Positions 62,375 to 64,000 of a stretch of 64,000 nt of DNA are shown one piece after another. Position 1 is the stretch's first letter. Each line of letters begins with the position of its first letter. This DNA is from Bacillales bacterium (GTDB lineage Bacteria > Bacillota_I > Bacilli_A > RF39 > UBA660): assembly GCA_016282155.1 (NCBI GenBank), contig JAEEJY010000005.1, forward strand, positions 10,656-74,655, read 5' to 3'. The translations under genes and the position numbers were made by a program. The notes under the pieces are model-generated. The model did not search any database. It saw only the letters and a program-made list of their open reading frames with translations, and was not told the origin of the DNA.

Positions 62375-62884
62375 ATGAAGAACATAAATGATTATGAATA
62401 TATCTCTTTAGTATCTGATATCTTAGATAATAAAGATTTTAATAAACTTAGTACTATTGAGCATCATGGAACAAATAGATTAGATCATTCTATAAAAGTA
62501 TCTTACTATTCTTACCTTGCTGCGAAAAAGCTAAATTTAAAATATAAAGAAGTAGCAAGAGCAGGTTTACTACATGACTTCTTTATGAGTTATGAAGATA
62601 GAACTTCTTTTGAAAGATTTATATCTACCTTCACTCATCCTAAATATGCTTTAATAAATGCTAGTAAATTATTTGATCTAAATGATCGTGAAAAGAACAT
62701 TATAAGAACACATATGTTTCCTATTAATCTAGCAGTTCCAAGATATTTAGAAAGTTGGTTAGTAAGTATTGTTGATAAGGGTGTAGCTTTCTATGAATTT
62801 TATCATTCTTATAGTCCAATATTTAGAACCGCTATTAATTATTTATATTTCTTTATTCTATTTAGCTTATACAGGGCAGATTAG
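62375..62884 (+). CDS. HD-domain phosphohydrolase
   Basis: HHGTNRLDHS, RAGLLHDFF, HP, IIRTHMFP, VDK. Confidence 0.9.
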   Translation: MKNINDYEYISLVSDILDNKDFNKLSTIEHHGTNRLDHSIKVSYYSYLAAKKLNLKYKEVARAGLLHDFFMSYEDRTSFERFISTFTHPKYALINASKLFDLNDREKNIIRTHMFPINLAVPRYLESWLVSIVDKGVAFYEFYHSYSPIFRTAINYLYFFILFSLYRAD

Positions 62885-62959
62885 TCCTCATAGCTCATCT
62901 GGATAGAGTAATCCCCTCCTAAGGGATAGAGGTAGGTTCGAGTCCTACTGGGGACACCA
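62884..62959 (+). tRNA. tRNA-Arg (anticodon CCT)
   Basis: Acceptor GTCCTCA/TGGGGAC, D-arm GCTC/GAGT, anticodon arm ATCCC-CTCCTAA-GGGAT, T-arm GTAGG-TTCGAGT-CCTAC, encoded CCA. Confidence 0.96.
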
Positions 62960-62966
62960 TTAATAA

Positions 62967-62996
62967 ATAAATCGAGATATTATCTCGATTTTTTAT
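62967..62996 (+). terminator. Intrinsic terminator after tRNA
   Basis: AAAATCGAGATA-t-TATCTCGATTTTTT. Confidence 0.8.
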
Positions 62997-63071
62997 TTAC
63001 TTAGTGAATTTGACTTTTTTTATTATTATGGTAGAATATATACTGCATCGAAAAAAAGAAGAGGTGTAATT

Positions 63072-63488
63072 ATGTTTATAATTTATATAGGAAGTATTAT
63101 TATTTCTTATTTAATAACTAAACAAAGTTTCAAAAAAGTATCAAATAAATTAAGTAATTTAGATTTAAATATTAAGGATACTACTAAAGATAAAGATGTA
63201 TTAAATGTATATTTACTTATCTTAGCTCTTATCCCTATTATTAATATAATAATTGCGATTCGTACATTATTTAATGACGAAACTTTATATAATACTTTTA
63301 AGAAAATACAATGCGAAAACATATTAAAAGATAATGAAGAGTTATTAAATACATATGAAAAAACATGTACTCTTAAGAACGAGACAAAACGTAGAACATT
63401 TGAAAAAGAATTAAACGATGCTATTAAATTAATCAATTGTGGCTATGATAAAGATGAAGTTTTTTCAAATTTAACTTTAGCAAAATAA
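63072..63488 (+). CDS. Hypothetical membrane protein
   Basis: Two hydrophobic segments (LIPIINII), RBS GAGGTG. Confidence 0.6.
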   Translation: MFIIYIGSIIISYLITKQSFKKVSNKLSNLDLNIKDTTKDKDVLNVYLLILALIPIINIIIAIRTLFNDETLYNTFKKIQCENILKDNEELLNTYEKTCTLKNETKRRTFEKELNDAIKLINCGYDKDEVFSNLTLAK

Positions 63489-63513
63489 TATACCTATTAA
63501 AAAACTAGTAAAT

Positions 63514-63999
63514 TTATTTACTAGTTTTCTTTTTTTCTACAATATGAAGTAATTCTTCTAATATTTCATCATTACTACGTCCACAAATACAAACTGTATC
63601 TGTTGCTAAAAAAGTATTACAAGGACTACTTACTAAGTGCCAATTAAGTTTTGATAAATCTGAACCTAAAGGTACTTTACCATTCTTATTTATTTTTGAC
63701 CAACAATCTTGTAAATCAATGTCTGGAAGAAGTAAAATTATTGTTTTAAATTTTTTCATAACTTTGATAACAGGATTAAATAATTCTTGATCTTCATAAA
63801 CTGTTTGACTAGCTTCAAATTTAATTATTGAAGGTGTCTTAATAGTTGGTAAAAACTTTGATACATGGTATGATTCAAATTTTTTCCAGTATTTATATCT
63901 TGCTAAAATACCATCTTCTTTTTTTAATTTATTCGCGTATTTTTTATCATAACCAATTTCATTATAATACTTATCTCTTGTACCTTCTAAAGATACAAC
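63514..63999 (-). CDS. Shikimate-kinase-like nucleotide kinase family protein (3' part; start beyond window)
   Basis: The frame of the 81-aa track ORF stays open to the window edge: SLEGTRDKYYNEIGYD...YKYWKKFE...TVYED...ILLLP. Confidence 0.6.
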   Translation of the reverse strand, partial: VVSLEGTRDKYYNEIGYDKKYANKLKKEDGILARYKYWKKFESYHVSKFLPTIKTPSIIKFEASQTVYEDQELFNPVIKVMKKFKTIILLLPDIDLQDCWSKINKNGKVPLGSDLSKLNWHLVSSPCNTFLATDTVCICGRSNDEILEELLHIVEKKKTSK

Positions 64000-64000
64000 T

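Noticed and set aside
63514-63759. Independent 81-aa protein as given in the ORF track
   Set aside because: The frame is open upstream to the window edge; it is the C-terminal part of a longer kinase-like gene
62884-64000. Integrative element at the tRNA-Arg 3' end
   Set aside because: No integrase or duplicated tRNA 3' end visible within the window

Overview
Very AT-rich chromosomal segment of a low-GC Bacillota (class Bacilli) genome using the standard genetic code. Gene content and style suggest an uncultured RF39-like gut lineage (inference). Most genes are on the minus strand. The housekeeping backbone is rsmD, tsf, rpsB, yqeY, rpsU, recD2, mtaB, dut, nrdDG, rsmE, cvpA, rnhC, secDF, comN, miaB, rnj, tgt, yneF, tkt, lexA, parEC, ftsK, eno, iscS-like and tRNA-Arg(CCT). 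Accessory modules are interspersed. (i) A C39-peptidase ABC exporter with three small peptides missed by the ORF track: two double-glycine precursors and a leaderless membrane peptide whose C-terminus mirrors one precursor. (ii) Five genes with type IV prepilin N-termini (KKGFTLxE), one carrying BspA/DUF285 repeats and a CUB-like tip. (iii) A 7.7-kb operon: short pilin, 1013-aa repeat-stalk pilin, four mosaic secreted paralogues with hypervariable C-termini, and a lipoprotein. The C-terminal motif of the giant pilin recurs at the mature N-terminus of all four paralogues, suggesting a modular pilus-docked adhesin system; this is the best novelty candidate. (iv) An AlgI/DHHW O-acylation cluster. 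(v) A LexA-controlled 42-aa membrane peptide in the yneA/sosA position. No CRISPR array, integrase, transposase or reverse transcriptase was seen. Several start codons were moved to the ATG/GTG with a ribosome-binding site. All family assignments are by eye, without database searches.
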